From NCBI GenBank assembly GCA_963706955.1, contig CAVPOC010000010.1, positions 224,001 to 288,000 on the forward strand: DNA of 64,000 nt. Reading direction: 5' to 3'. Every line of letters begins with the position of its first letter. The first letter of the stretch is position 1. Source of the stretch: an uncultured Verrucomicrobiae bacterium. GTDB taxonomy: Bacteria; Verrucomicrobiota; Verrucomicrobiia; Chthoniobacterales; Terrimicrobiaceae. Positions 21,969 through 32,487 of this stretch are shown here, in pieces. The notes beneath the pieces are model-generated. The model was given only the letters and a program-made list of their open reading frames with translations. It was not told the origin of the DNA and made no database searches. A program made the position numbers and the translations under genes.

Positions 21969-23222
21969 ATGTCAAAATGGACGGAGAGATCTCGGTCGGA
22001 CGGCTCGCCGCTCGCGGTCGCGGTGATGTTCATTGGGAACGGCTTGGTGATGGGCTCCTCGCTCTCGAGGATGCCAGAAATCCGTGACCAGGTCGGCGCT
22101 ACTCCTACTTCCCTGGCATTTGCGCTCGTTTGCGTGGGAATCGGATCGATCGTTTCCATGCCGTTTACCGGCTTGCTGGCGGACCGCTACTCCTCGATGG
22201 TGGTCAGTCGGGTGGCCACGGTGATCTGTCTTGGCGCTTGGACACTCGTGCCACTAGCAAATTCGGTGCCGACATTGGCTCTGATCATGCTCGCTGCCGG
22301 GTTGGGGACTGGGGTGGGCGATGTTGCCATGAACATTCAAGGAAACGTGGTCGAGCAGCGTCGCAACAAGGTCCTCATGCCGTTTTGGCACGGACTCTTT
22401 TCGGTTGGCGGAGTGGCCGGCGCGATGGCGGGCGCTCTGGCCGCTTCACTCGGTCTACCACTCTCCTGGCAACTGTCGACAGTATCGCTTCTCTTGCTGG
22501 TGGCGATGTGGCTGGCGACAGCCTTCTACGTGCCGGACGCAAAATTGCATCCGGCAGCAAACAGGGCTCAACAGGAAGAACCGATCTTTGACGAGCCACA
22601 GCTGCTGGCTTGCGAGCGACCGCGGATCGCTGAGACGCAATCGTCGATCACCCGCGTGGAAATCCTCCTCGGAATAATTGTCTTTGGCACCGCTGTTGGC
22701 GAAGGAGCGGCGAATGATTGGCTCGCTCTCGTCCTGGTTGACAACCGGGGCGCGCCGGCTGCGCTCGGAGCGCTGACCTATGCGGGATTTAACTTAACGA
22801 TGGCTATCGGTCGCTTTGTCGGTGGAATCGTGATTGAACGCTTTGGAAGAGCTCCGGTCTTGAGGATTGCTGGCTTGCTGGGCAGCGCAGGGGTGGCGAC
22901 CGTATGCCTGATCCCTTCGACCACAGCCGCACTAATCGGTGCTCTTGCTTGGGGTCTTGGCCTTTCCGTCGTTTTCCCGTCAGCCATGTCGGCGGCGGGA
23001 GAAGTGCCCGGGCGGGGCTCTCGGGCGATCACGGTCGTCTCGACCATCGGCTATGGCGGGTTCTTGCTCGGCGCGCCGCTGATCGGGTTTCTCGCTCACA
23101 GTGTGCCACTCGATCGAGCTCTGCTATCCGTGGCGTTCCTCATCTTGCCAGTTGCGATTTTGGCTTCTGTGGCTCGCGAACGCGGCTCGCAAATGGAGCC
23201 TGCGCCCAGCGCTGCGAAATAG
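21969..23222 (+). CDS. MFS transporter (YbjJ-like)
   Basis: SRMPEIRD, DVAMN, HGLFSVG, EGAANDW, GRFVG...RFG; about 12 TM segments. Confidence 0.88.
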   Translation: MSKWTERSRSDGSPLAVAVMFIGNGLVMGSSLSRMPEIRDQVGATPTSLAFALVCVGIGSIVSMPFTGLLADRYSSMVVSRVATVICLGAWTLVPLANSVPTLALIMLAAGLGTGVGDVAMNIQGNVVEQRRNKVLMPFWHGLFSVGGVAGAMAGALAASLGLPLSWQLSTVSLLLLVAMWLATAFYVPDAKLHPAANRAQQEEPIFDEPQLLACERPRIAETQSSITRVEILLGIIVFGTAVGEGAANDWLALVLVDNRGAPAALGALTYAGFNLTMAIGRFVGGIVIERFGRAPVLRIAGLLGSAGVATVCLIPSTTAALIGALAWGLGLSVVFPSAMSAAGEVPGRGSRAITVVSTIGYGGFLLGAPLIGFLAHSVPLDRALLSVAFLILPVAILASVARERGSQMEPAPSAAK

Positions 23223-23249
23223 CCTTCGACTGGAAAGCAGATCTATCGC

Positions 23250-25745
23250 TTAAAGAGCGATGACCTCTCTAAGCATGATTTGGCGTGAAGAGACGCCGAC
23301 CTCGATGACAAACTCGCCCGGCTCGATCTTCCAATCCCCCGTTTGCTCACTCCAATACGCGAAAGCGCGCTTTGGAAGATCAACGCTAATGTGGCGAGAT
23401 TCGGAAGGTTCGAGATAGATCTTGGCAAAACCCTTGAGTTCGCGCAGCGGACGCTCAACGGAACAGGAAACTTGCCCGGCATATACTTGCACCACCTCGG
23501 CTCCTGCTCTCTGGCCGACGTTGGATATGCTCACCGCAACGCAAACGCCTTTGGCAGTTTTTGCCACTTTCAGGCTAGCCAAATCAAACTTCGTGTAACT
23601 CAATCCGTGCCCGAAGGGAAAGAGCGGCTCAATACGCTGGGCATCGAACCACCGGTAACCGACAAAGATTCCCTCCATGTAGGCGCAAACGTCGGGGTGA
23701 TAATCGTTCAGCGCATGGGCCGGGGAATCCGCCAACACCCGCGGAAAAGTTATCGGTAGCTTGCCCGACGGATTAACATCACCCAGCAATACATCAGCGA
23801 TGGCGTGACCACCTTCCATTCCCGAGTACCACATTTGGACAATGGCGGGAACTTGGTTTATCCATGGCATCTCGACCGAAGAACCGCTCATTAGCACGAC
23901 AGCAGTCTTTGCGTTCACCTCGGCAATGCGCGCGATCAATTCATTCTGCCCCTCGTGCAGGGCCAGGTCCTTTCGATCGGTGCCCTCGAGATCATACTGG
24001 TGACTTAGGCCACCAAAAAACAGCACCACGTCCGCTCTCTCAGCCGCAGCAAGAAGCGCTTCGTCATCCTCTTTCGCGTCTCGCACCCATGGCGGAATCC
24101 AACCCAGCTTGATGCGGAGGTCCGGCCGTGACGGCCAAAGCTCGACCCGCAGCTGGTAGTTGACGCCAGCTTGGAGTTCAAGCGATTTGCCAGTCGTTTC
24201 TGCGCCTCCTTCAAAGCGATGAAGAACCACGATGCCATCGATGAGCAAGCAAGCTTGATGCGAGCCGACGAGAATGAACTCGTAAAAGCCCGTCTCTGGC
24301 GGAACGAGCACGGTTTCCCATGTCGCGGAAAATTGACCTGCTTCGCTACCGGGGACCGGCGCCACGTGATCCCATTCGAAGTCAATCGCTACTTCCGCCC
24401 GCCGGATGACTTCTCCCGCAAAAGAGCGCTTCTGCCAATAGTGAGCCTTCCAACCGCGCGTGCCGGAGCCCTCGTCGGCGATGCTGAGGTAGTGCGGATC
24501 TATGGCTTCGAACTCTCCACGACGCGTCGGATAACCTTGAAAAAACTCGATCTCGCTCGATTCCCCTAGTTTATGGCGAAGTCCTTCGAGCGGCGTGACC
24601 TCATAGAGCGCCTTGACGCCGGAGCTGTGACCGCCGGGCGCGTGTCGGGTAACTGCATTGTCACCCACGATAACTAGCCGCTTGAGCTTGCTGGCATCAA
24701 GCGGAAGGAACTCGCCCTCGTTCTTCAGGAGGACAATCGCTTCCCGCGCGATTTCCAAAGCGACTTGTTGATGACGGGGGGTGTTGCGCTCGCCGGCAGA
24801 GCGATCCGGATCAAAGACTCCCGCGCGAAACATCGCGCGCAGATTGCGCCTCACCTTTTCATTCAGGAGATCTTCGGGCAACTCGCCTCGCTCGATTGCC
24901 TCCCGGAATGATCGGCCAAGAAAGAACTCGTCGTAGGCGTCGGAAGTCCCCATCTCGAGATCGCAGCCGAATTTTGCAGCCTCCATCGTGTCATGGACTC
25001 CGGCCCAATCCGATATGTAGCTGCCGTCAAACTTCCACTCGCCTTTGAGAATCCGGTTAACGAGGTGCTCGTTGTGACAGCAATACTGACCGCGAAACTT
25101 GTTATACGCTCCCATGACTGTGATGCAGTTCCCCTCTTTGACAGCCGCTTCGAAGCCTGGAAGATAGATCTCGCGCAACGTCCGTTCGTCCATTTGCGCG
25201 TCCACTCCGTTGCGATTCAGTTCCTGGTTGTTGGCGGCAAAGTGCTTTACGCAGGCCGCGACGTGCTTACTTTGGATTCCCTGAATTTCCGGCGCGACCA
25301 GCGCTGCGATTAGGTGCGGGTCTTCGCCAAAGTATTCGAAATTGCGCCCGCAAAGCGGCGTCCGGGCAATGTTGATGCCGGGTCCCAAGATGACGTCCTT
25401 GCCACGGTGCCGTGCCTCCGCGCCAAGAACCGTTCCAAAGCGATAAGCAGCGTCGGGATTCCAGGTCGCTGCCAGGGCTATCCCCGTCGGTAGATAAGTG
25501 GAGCGATCCTCTTCGGTATCGACGGGATCCCAACTGTCGCGGCAGATCTCGTGGCGAACGCCATGCGGTCCATCCGACATCCAGAACTCCGGAATGCCAA
25601 GCCTGGGAATAGCGTCCACGGCAAACTTTGAACCAGCATGGCAGAGGCTCACTTTCTCTGCGAGCGTCATTTGCACCATTAAGTTGGTGATGCGCTGTTC
25701 GATAACGTCTGCGGTAAACTCAACTTCAAGAACGGAGGAAGACAT
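23250..25745 (-). CDS. GH3 beta-glucosidase with PA14 insertion and Fn3-like C-terminus
   Basis: SDGPHG, GRNFEYFGEDP, KHFAAN, ISDW (nucleophile), VLLKN, PSGKLP, FPFGHGLSYT, ELKGF. Confidence 0.95.
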   Translation of the reverse strand: MSSSVLEVEFTADVIEQRITNLMVQMTLAEKVSLCHAGSKFAVDAIPRLGIPEFWMSDGPHGVRHEICRDSWDPVDTEEDRSTYLPTGIALAATWNPDAAYRFGTVLGAEARHRGKDVILGPGINIARTPLCGRNFEYFGEDPHLIAALVAPEIQGIQSKHVAACVKHFAANNQELNRNGVDAQMDERTLREIYLPGFEAAVKEGNCITVMGAYNKFRGQYCCHNEHLVNRILKGEWKFDGSYISDWAGVHDTMEAAKFGCDLEMGTSDAYDEFFLGRSFREAIERGELPEDLLNEKVRRNLRAMFRAGVFDPDRSAGERNTPRHQQVALEIAREAIVLLKNEGEFLPLDASKLKRLVIVGDNAVTRHAPGGHSSGVKALYEVTPLEGLRHKLGESSEIEFFQGYPTRRGEFEAIDPHYLSIADEGSGTRGWKAHYWQKRSFAGEVIRRAEVAIDFEWDHVAPVPGSEAGQFSATWETVLVPPETGFYEFILVGSHQACLLIDGIVVLHRFEGGAETTGKSLELQAGVNYQLRVELWPSRPDLRIKLGWIPPWVRDAKEDDEALLAAAERADVVLFFGGLSHQYDLEGTDRKDLALHEGQNELIARIAEVNAKTAVVLMSGSSVEMPWINQVPAIVQMWYSGMEGGHAIADVLLGDVNPSGKLPITFPRVLADSPAHALNDYHPDVCAYMEGIFVGYRWFDAQRIEPLFPFGHGLSYTKFDLASLKVAKTAKGVCVAVSISNVGQRAGAEVVQVYAGQVSCSVERPLRELKGFAKIYLEPSESRHISVDLPKRAFAYWSEQTGDWKIEPGEFVIEVGVSSRQIMLREVIAL

Positions 25746-25948
25746 GTCGATGCTTTGAAGTCGGGAATAAGATGCGTTAGATCGACGCTTCGCGAGATCT
25801 TTTTCCTCACATAAGCTACCGTATAATTCCGATCCGAAGAGAGCCCCCTATCGACCTTGGCCTGCGGGAACAATGCTTCGGCTATCTCAACGAGTGTTGA
25901 AGAAACTCGGAAACTTTCCTCCTTGGATGTCTTTTTACCTCATTGAAC

Positions 25949-26530
25949 ATGACTACCGGCCGCAAACTCGTCGATTGCCCCTTTTATCCACGACGCGCGG
26001 TCTTGAGCGACTTTCGTTGGTTTGCCGTTCACTGCCATCCCGGTATGGAGACCGTCGTAGATTTCACCTTGCGCACCATGTTGATCGAAACGCTCCTGCC
26101 GATGGCGAAACAAGCAGTCCCGCATTCACGCCATACCGCGTGCCCGTTGATGCGCCCATTATTTGCAGGCTATCTTTTCGCTAATTTCTGTGCCGCCAAC
26201 TCGCTCCGCACGGTGGCGCTCAGCCGCGGCGTCTTGCACGTGGTCAGCGCGAAGGGTAAACCGGTGCCGGTAAGCGATGCAATCATCGCAAGCCTCCGTC
26301 AACGATTGGGTCCGGATGGCTCCGTCGAACTTTGTGGTTGCCCACGCCTTGACCGACCGCAAGTTGCACCCGGTCCGCTTCAATATTGGCCGACCGTCTT
26401 CGAACGGCGACTTAGCGACAAGCGCCGTATCGAAATTCTTATTCAGACTCTCCAGGAGTCGTTTGGAATCTCAGGCGACAGCCACAAAGAACCGAATGCT
26501 ATGCAGCTGCAAACGGCGGCACTATCCTGA
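25949..26530 (+). CDS. NusG paralogue (RfaH/UpxY-like antiterminator) with degenerate KOW domain
   Basis: WFAVHCHPG.E, PLFAGYLF, RGVLHVV, PVPVSDAII; GPL...VF.R...RRIEIL. Confidence 0.75.
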   Translation: MTTGRKLVDCPFYPRRAVLSDFRWFAVHCHPGMETVVDFTLRTMLIETLLPMAKQAVPHSRHTACPLMRPLFAGYLFANFCAANSLRTVALSRGVLHVVSAKGKPVPVSDAIIASLRQRLGPDGSVELCGCPRLDRPQVAPGPLQYWPTVFERRLSDKRRIEILIQTLQESFGISGDSHKEPNAMQLQTAALS

Positions 26531-26577
26531 AGAGCTGACCTCTCGCAACCTAAGAACTCAGCATCTTCTGCCAAGGA

Positions 26578-27045
26578 TCAGTCTGGGCGCGGTGTGTCGT
26601 TCTCAAGCAGCTCGATAATCACCTTGAGATCCCTTAGCGTGTCGATGTACGCATATCGACCTCCCGTGTATTCGCCTTTTTGCAGGAGCGGCATTCCTTT
26701 ATCTTCAAGTGCCGTCACCTTCTCCTTCAAACCCTCCACGACAAAAGCAATGTGATGCGGACCTTCTCCATCCTTGTCGAGCGACTCTCGCCAAGTGCTG
26801 GCGTTATGGTCTGGTTCAATTAGCTCCAACTGGAGCGATCCCAAGTTGAAAAATGCGAGCTTTGCGCGCGCTTCCGAGGATCTACCTCTAAACTCAGTCT
26901 GCGCCTTATCCGGGGTATCCGTAAGAGACCAGCTTGGTTTCTCAACGCCCAAAAAGTCAGCAAACGCTTGCGCCGTTTTCTCGATATCGTGAACGAGAAT
27001 GCCAATTTGCGTTACGAATTTGGTTCCAAGAACGTTCGTTTCCAT
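26578..27045 (-). CDS. VOC family protein (methylmalonyl-CoA epimerase-like)
   Basis: QIGILVHD, AKLAFF, QLELIEP, GEGPHHIAF, IIELLE. Confidence 0.88.
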   Translation of the reverse strand: METNVLGTKFVTQIGILVHDIEKTAQAFADFLGVEKPSWSLTDTPDKAQTEFRGRSSEARAKLAFFNLGSLQLELIEPDHNASTWRESLDKDGEGPHHIAFVVEGLKEKVTALEDKGMPLLQKGEYTGGRYAYIDTLRDLKVIIELLENDTPRPD

Positions 27046-27129
27046 CGATTCTTATCTTGCCAAGCGGGCAATTCGAGCACCAGCCCCGTTAAACCAACGC
27101 CCTGTGACTGCAGGGCGTTTTCGTCCCGT

Positions 27130-27311
27130 TGTTGCGCGGTATAGCCTCCGTTAATGAAAATGTCTTGACCTGTAGTAAATGCCGCTCCGGGTGGACAGAG
27201 CCAGAGCACGGCACTGGCGATCTCAGGCGTACCAATGCGCCCGATTGGATTTTGTGTCGCCATGGCTTCTCCCATGCTAACGCCACTTGGGCCAAAAGCG
27301 CGGTCGAGCAT
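27130..27311 (-). pseudogene. C-terminal remnant of an SDR oxidoreductase
   Basis: PIGRIGTPEIASAVLWLC...FTTGQ...INGGYTAQ with no Rossmann N-terminus or YxxxK. Confidence 0.7.
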
Positions 27312-27693
27312 GTCTGCGTACTCACGAATTTTGCCATGACGCTCTGCCTTTCTACGCTTTAATTTTCCTTCTGCCCCGCGCAGACACCCTCTCTTTTCTG
27401 ACTCTGAAACTCTTCACAGGTCAAGCCAAAAGCACACACAAGTCTTTCCGGATGCCCGCTCTAAGAACACCTCATCGTCTTGGAATCGCATCTGGCGAGC
27501 TCCCGTCTGCGGGCGACCTCCCTAAGGGCGATTTGGGTAAGCAACGCGCCTAGAGCACAGCGCCGGGATGCCTGTTCGGTGCTTGGGATTCGCGAAGGAT
27601 CAGCATCACAGCAGCCGATAGAAAGCCGGGGAATTGGTTGCAGCTCATCCTAAATCACGCCCGCTGCGCGGCTCAAGGGCACCTCAACAAAAC

Positions 27694-28839
27694 TTATCTG
27701 CCTCTTCCGCGATCGGCAGCGTAGTCAACCGACAATTCCCTACGCAACATGCCGAGCGTGAGAGCCTGGAGCGGCGGAGGAGTGGGTTGCGCCAACTCTG
27801 CCTTTCGAAGCCATCCATCAACCAAACCACGTCGTGGCGAAAGCTCACACACGGGATCCGGCTCATCCAGGTTTCCGCCAAAGAGGGCGACCTGACATCG
27901 ACAACCGCCACGATCGACTTCCCGGAACGAGCAACTGTGGCAAGGCTCAGCGAGCCATTCCGTGCCTCGAAACCGCTCAAACGCCGGACTGCTCGCCCAA
28001 ATCCAGGACAGCGTCCTCTTCGTAACGTTGTCAAATTTCAAGCCAGGGATAGCCGATGCGGCTTGGCAGGGCAAAACATCTCCCCGTGGGTTCACAGTTA
28101 GGCTGCGGCTGCCCCAGCCATACAGGCATGCCTTCGGACGTCTCTCGTAGTAGTCACAGGCGACATAGACCAATTGCAACTGTCCATTAAGACGAGTTCT
28201 CTCGCGATCGACGATCTCTTGCGCTCGTCGCAACTGCTCACGTGTCGGAAGCAAATGCGGTCTGTTTTCGAGCGCCCACCCATAAAACTGAGTGTTAGCG
28301 AGCTCGACGCGGAAGGCCCGGAGGCGTTCCGCCAGTTTAATAAAGTTGGCTATTCGATCGATATTGCTTCGATGCAGGACGAAGTTCGCGCTCCATGGCA
28401 AATCAACGTCGCATGCGGCTTCGACCGCTTGCAGCTTCTTTAGATGCGCTCTCGTGCCAGCGATGGCATCCGCTAATTCGGCCTCGTCGGCTTGAAAACT
28501 GATCTGGACGGTATCGAGACCGGCCGCTTTGAGTTCCTTGGCTTTTCGCGAATCGAGGCCAAGCCCACTGGTGATGAGATTGGAATATAATCCGTTTTCT
28601 CGCGCGACGTTGATCAACTCGGCGATGGACGAGCAGTGCAGCGGTTCGCCGCCCGAAAACCCTACTTGTAAAACTCCCATTTCCGCAGCCTCACGGATGA
28701 CCCGCTTCCAGACAGAAACAGGCAATTCGCTCTCCGGTGCTGTTAGCTTAAGAGGATTAGAGCAATAGGGACAATGCAACGGACACCGGTGGCTTAGTTC
28801 CAGTAGGATGCCCAATGGGCGGTAGAGTTCTGCAGTCAT
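27694..28839 (-). CDS. pqqE: PQQ biosynthesis radical SAM/SPASM protein
   Basis: ELSHRCPLHCPYCSNP, FSGGEP, ELANTQFYGWA, RPKAC..GWG, C..C..RE.D.GGCRCQ. Confidence 0.96.
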   Translation of the reverse strand: MTAELYRPLGILLELSHRCPLHCPYCSNPLKLTAPESELPVSVWKRVIREAAEMGVLQVGFSGGEPLHCSSIAELINVARENGLYSNLITSGLGLDSRKAKELKAAGLDTVQISFQADEAELADAIAGTRAHLKKLQAVEAACDVDLPWSANFVLHRSNIDRIANFIKLAERLRAFRVELANTQFYGWALENRPHLLPTREQLRRAQEIVDRERTRLNGQLQLVYVACDYYERRPKACLYGWGSRSLTVNPRGDVLPCQAASAIPGLKFDNVTKRTLSWIWASSPAFERFRGTEWLAEPCHSCSFREVDRGGCRCQVALFGGNLDEPDPVCELSPRRGLVDGWLRKAELAQPTPPPLQALTLGMLRRELSVDYAADRGRGR

Positions 28840-29123
28840 GGCTCGATGAGACGGATCAGTCCCCTTGCTTCCAACCCGTGCAAGCATTCCGCGACGTCGC
28901 CGGCAATCTCCTCAGGGGAGCCCTCATAACGTTCCATGAGTCGTGCTGTAATCTCGGCAACGCTCGATTTGCCCTTGCAAAGCGACAAGATGGTGGCCGT
29001 AGTCTCTTCGAGTTCGAGAACTCCTTCTGGGTAAAGAAGCAGAGGACGACCCGTGAGCGGATCGGTATGCAGCCTGGCGTAATCGGCGAGCTTCGGTTTA
29101 CAGCGTTCAATGGGTAACGGCAT
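28836..29123 (-). CDS. pqqD: PQQ peptide chaperone
   Basis: LLLYPEGVLEL..TA..ILSLC.G; lies between pqqC and pqqE. Confidence 0.92.
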   Translation of the reverse strand: MPLPIERCKPKLADYARLHTDPLTGRPLLLYPEGVLELEETTATILSLCKGKSSVAEITARLMERYEGSPEEIAGDVAECLHGLEARGLIRLIEP

Positions 29124-29781
29124 CGATTGCATCTAGCATACTCCAGAGAACGTCGCATTTGAAGTGGAGGGCTTGGATGGCGGCCGTCTGCAAGTCAGCG
29201 TTGTCGCACCACTTGAGGGTAATCGCCAGCGCTTCCTCTGAATCTTGAGGCGCTTGAACAAGCCGCTTGCGAAAATAATCAAATCCCCATTCGGGGACCC
29301 ACGGATAATGTTTCTGGAAAGCGGCCAGTCGCTGCGCCATGAGATCAGGCGCAAACATCTCGGTCAACGATGAGGCTATGGCGACTGGCCAGGGAGCCGT
29401 GCGAGCGAAATGAACGTAAGCGCCCACCGCGAATCGCACTCCAGGTAGAGGGTCGGCTCCCAATTGAGCCCGATCAACTCCGCAAGCTTCGGCCAGGCGG
29501 AGCCAAGCCCCAATTCCGCCCTCGTCTCCTCTTTGGCCGTCGTGATCGACGATCCGATGCAACCAGATTCGTCGCACTTCGCGTAACGGGCAATTGCTGA
29601 CGATAGCAGCATCTTTGAGCGGGATGCTTTCCTGATAGTGGAAGCGATTCGCCACCCACGTCCGTATTGCCTGGGGAGAAAGTTCGCCTGCGTTCATCCG
29701 CTGATGAAAAGGATGGAGGTGGTGGTATTTTCCTCGTCCGACTTGATGCAAAGCTTCGAGGAATTGTTCACGCGACATCAT
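29107..29781 (-). CDS. pqqC: PQQ synthase
   Basis: YHHLHPFH, WVANRFHYQ..IPLKDAA, RIVDHDG, SSLTEMFAP, FKCDVLWSMLD. Confidence 0.96.
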   Translation of the reverse strand: MMSREQFLEALHQVGRGKYHHLHPFHQRMNAGELSPQAIRTWVANRFHYQESIPLKDAAIVSNCPLREVRRIWLHRIVDHDGQRGDEGGIGAWLRLAEACGVDRAQLGADPLPGVRFAVGAYVHFARTAPWPVAIASSLTEMFAPDLMAQRLAAFQKHYPWVPEWGFDYFRKRLVQAPQDSEEALAITLKWCDNADLQTAAIQALHFKCDVLWSMLDAIDAVTH

Positions 29782-30698
29782 AACGTTAGCGACATTCCAT
29801 CCTCAGCGACGAGAATTCCTAGCTTTTCGATCGCTTGGCGTTCCGGCGAATTCGGTAACAAAATCGGATTGGTATTATTGATGTGGATGTAGGCGCAGAC
29901 TGACCTCTGCAAGGGAGCGACTTTCATCAAGCTTCCCGTCTCGCCCGAAATAGGAAGATGGCCCATTTCCGTGGCCAAAGACTGCGAGATTTTAAGATCC
30001 TGCATTTCACTCGCGGACCAGAATGTTCCATCTAAGAATAGCACATCGCAACGACTGAAGACGGCAAGCAAATCGTCATCCAGATGACTGATATCTGGAA
30101 AGAAGCCGGCCATTCGCTTAGTGGCTGGTTCAGTAACTACGTAACCCACCACGTCGCTCTCCGACTGCTCGGTATAGCGCGGCGGTTTCCGATATTTCAG
30201 GGCCACACATCGAATCTGCAAGCCGCCAACGATCTCGCATTCATCTGCTCCTATGTCCGTCCATTCGATACCGCAAAAGGAGTTCAAGACAGGTCCAATG
30301 GGAAACTCTTCACATAAGATCCGCCTGACCGAGGCGGGAGCCATTACTTCCAGCGGCTTATCATTCTCTCTCATCAGCAAAAGGCCAATCACGTGGTCGA
30401 GATCGGCACTAGTCAGCAGCACGTTCGAGACCGGCGATGAGCGAGTTGCGGCGGATGGATCGGATAAATAGCGATCAATCTGGATCGGGATATCCGGCGA
30501 CGCATTGAGCAACACCCAAGAATCGCCTTCCCTGGAAACGGCAATGCCACTCTGCAATCGAGCGGGCGTCTCGCCCCGTCGGGCCGCCTGACAGCACCGA
30601 CACCGGCAATTCCATTGCGGGAATCCCCCTCCGGCGGCGGTTCCGAGAACTCGGATCTCGATAAGCTTACCGGCTACCTGCGTATAAGCAGACCTCAA
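29778..30698 (-). CDS. pqqB: PQQ biosynthesis MBL-fold protein (start codon uncertain)
   Basis: VLGTAAGGGFPQWNC.C..C, LLNASPD, DLDH, DGTFW, MGHL, IHINNTNPIL. Confidence 0.94.
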   Translation of the reverse strand: MRSAYTQVAGKLIEIRVLGTAAGGGFPQWNCRCRCCQAARRGETPARLQSGIAVSREGDSWVLLNASPDIPIQIDRYLSDPSAATRSSPVSNVLLTSADLDHVIGLLLMRENDKPLEVMAPASVRRILCEEFPIGPVLNSFCGIEWTDIGADECEIVGGLQIRCVALKYRKPPRYTEQSESDVVGYVVTEPATKRMAGFFPDISHLDDDLLAVFSRCDVLFLDGTFWSASEMQDLKISQSLATEMGHLPISGETGSLMKVAPLQRSVCAYIHINNTNPILLPNSPERQAIEKLGILVAEDGMSLTL

Positions 30699-30765
30699 AA
30701 AAGATCGGCAGATCCTTAAACGAGGGCTTCACCCAGATTGGCTTCTTAACCTTACGCGTGTTCAT
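30667..30765 (-). CDS. pqqA: PQQ precursor peptide, 32 aa: MNTRKVKKPIWVKPSFKDLPIFFEVCLYAGSR
   Basis: Hand-translated; W-x-K-P...F-E-V-x-L-Y motif, directly upstream of pqqB; below the ORF-track size cut-off. Confidence 0.93.
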   Translation of the reverse strand: MNTRKVKKPIWVKPSFKDLPIFFEVCLYAGSR

Positions 30766-31117
30766 AGCTCGGGCGCGTTCCATCTCATTGAAAAAACTAT
30801 TCAGGAACAAACACCGCCCGCCTACCTCCGTCCAATTTTTTTTGAGCTATTTCGTAGCATTTGGCCACCTCCTCGAGAGGTTGATGTGCTTCGCACTTAT
30901 TGCCCTTTCCCCGTGGCTATTTCGGATTCACAGATCGGGTCCACTTGCCACCTCTGATTGCGGCTTCTCGAATATCGGCCGGACACATGATGCGCACCGC
31001 TCCGGCTTGCAGCGACACAGTCGCGCCTCGCCCTGCCGGTAGACGTTATCTCATCGGGGCCGCCGGAAAGGTTTTATCTCATCTCGAAATTACGCGATCT
31101 CTCGCGGCCGTTCGGCC

Positions 31118-31606
31118 TCAAACTTCCCGTGCGGTTTCCAGATACATCGAAGTGATCAGGGGGATCGCTTCAATCAGCCGATCAGCCATGTCCTGCTCGT
31201 CACTGAGGATACTTTCCAGGACGGGAACGATTTCATTGAGGCCAAGATCTTCTGCGGCGGTAATCAGGGATGTGTAGCAGGCTATCTCGAAATTCTCCGC
31301 CGTAAATTCCGCAAGCGCGTTTTTCACAAGAGTGTCGTCAGCGAGCGATGTGGGAAGCCCGGAAACCAAGCCACTGAATCGCGCCATAGCTGTCTTCAGA
31401 GCTGGCCTATCCTCGCCAAGTTGCTCGAGCAGAGTGGCGATTTTATCTGAATGCTCTTCCGTAACTTTGCGATGCTCTTCGATAGGATTGCGAACTTCGG
31501 GATGCTCTTTAGCGTCTTCGGCATGCTTCTTGAGGGTATCTTCCAGGGCTCGCTCCATTGCGTAAGCGTCGCGAAGCCAGGCTATAAATTGATCTTTTGA
31601 TTCCAT
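31118..31606 (-). CDS. Ferritin-like DUF892 (YciE/YciF) protein
   Basis: WLRDAYAME, EHR..TEEH, ENFEIACYTSL...A, ILSDE..MA. Confidence 0.9.
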   Translation of the reverse strand: MESKDQFIAWLRDAYAMERALEDTLKKHAEDAKEHPEVRNPIEEHRKVTEEHSDKIATLLEQLGEDRPALKTAMARFSGLVSGLPTSLADDTLVKNALAEFTAENFEIACYTSLITAAEDLGLNEIVPVLESILSDEQDMADRLIEAIPLITSMYLETAREV

Positions 31607-32487
31607 GTCTAGCTTAGATTCGTTGCGAGCAGCAAAGCCAGCGGTCGGGCCGCTTACTTACTCCGCACTCAGGGCGAAAGGCTCGGCGCAGAAACCAAAC
31701 GAAACGATAGAATATTAGCAATCGTATCGCGTCTACGCTCACCGATGGGACAATCAGGAGCTCTCCCGATTGGAAGAAAGAAGCGTCCGGTGTTAACTAC
31801 CTCTTGTTCACGCAAAGTAGGCGAAATCCTACGCCTGCGGCCAGGACGGGCTGGCAAGTCTACTCGCCGGATCGACAGGGCAGCCCGCCTCTTTTTGGCA
31901 GGCACACCCATTCGTTCTCGTGCCCTGGCAAGGTTTTCAAACGGAAATCCGACTGCGCAATTTGCCGGGCGCCTCGCGGGCTCGTCATCTTACCAGTTCG
32001 CATTCAAGCTGTAGAGAAACGGAACCAAGGGCGTTTAGATCTCACGTTCTCCGTGTTCGTCGGCATAGTCCCAGTGAGCGTTGTGACAGTGACGGTTGGA
32101 TGATTCACAAGCGGATGCAGGCAGACTTCCCTCGATTCTCATCCCGCGTTATTTGCCGCTGCCACTCACCGCAAACGTGCCGGAACCAGTCCGGCCGCGC
32201 ATTGCGTTCGTGCCAGTCTTCACGAAGACAGGGCGCAGACGCGAGCTCCTCCCAGCGATCAAAGCCGCCTGAGACCGCCGTGAGGGGTCGCCGGGGAAAG
32301 GACCCCGAGCGGCAAAAGCAGTGCCACGATCATTAGCATAGTTCCTCGCTACTTTTGAGTTAGTCCTCGTGCAAACTCAGAGAGTTTCGTGTGCTCTGGA
32401 AGCCGCCAAATCGTGAACACTCCGCTGAACTCAGCGGAGGCGCGATTTGCGATTGCCCTGGTGCGGCAAGTTGATCTAGGAGAGCTG

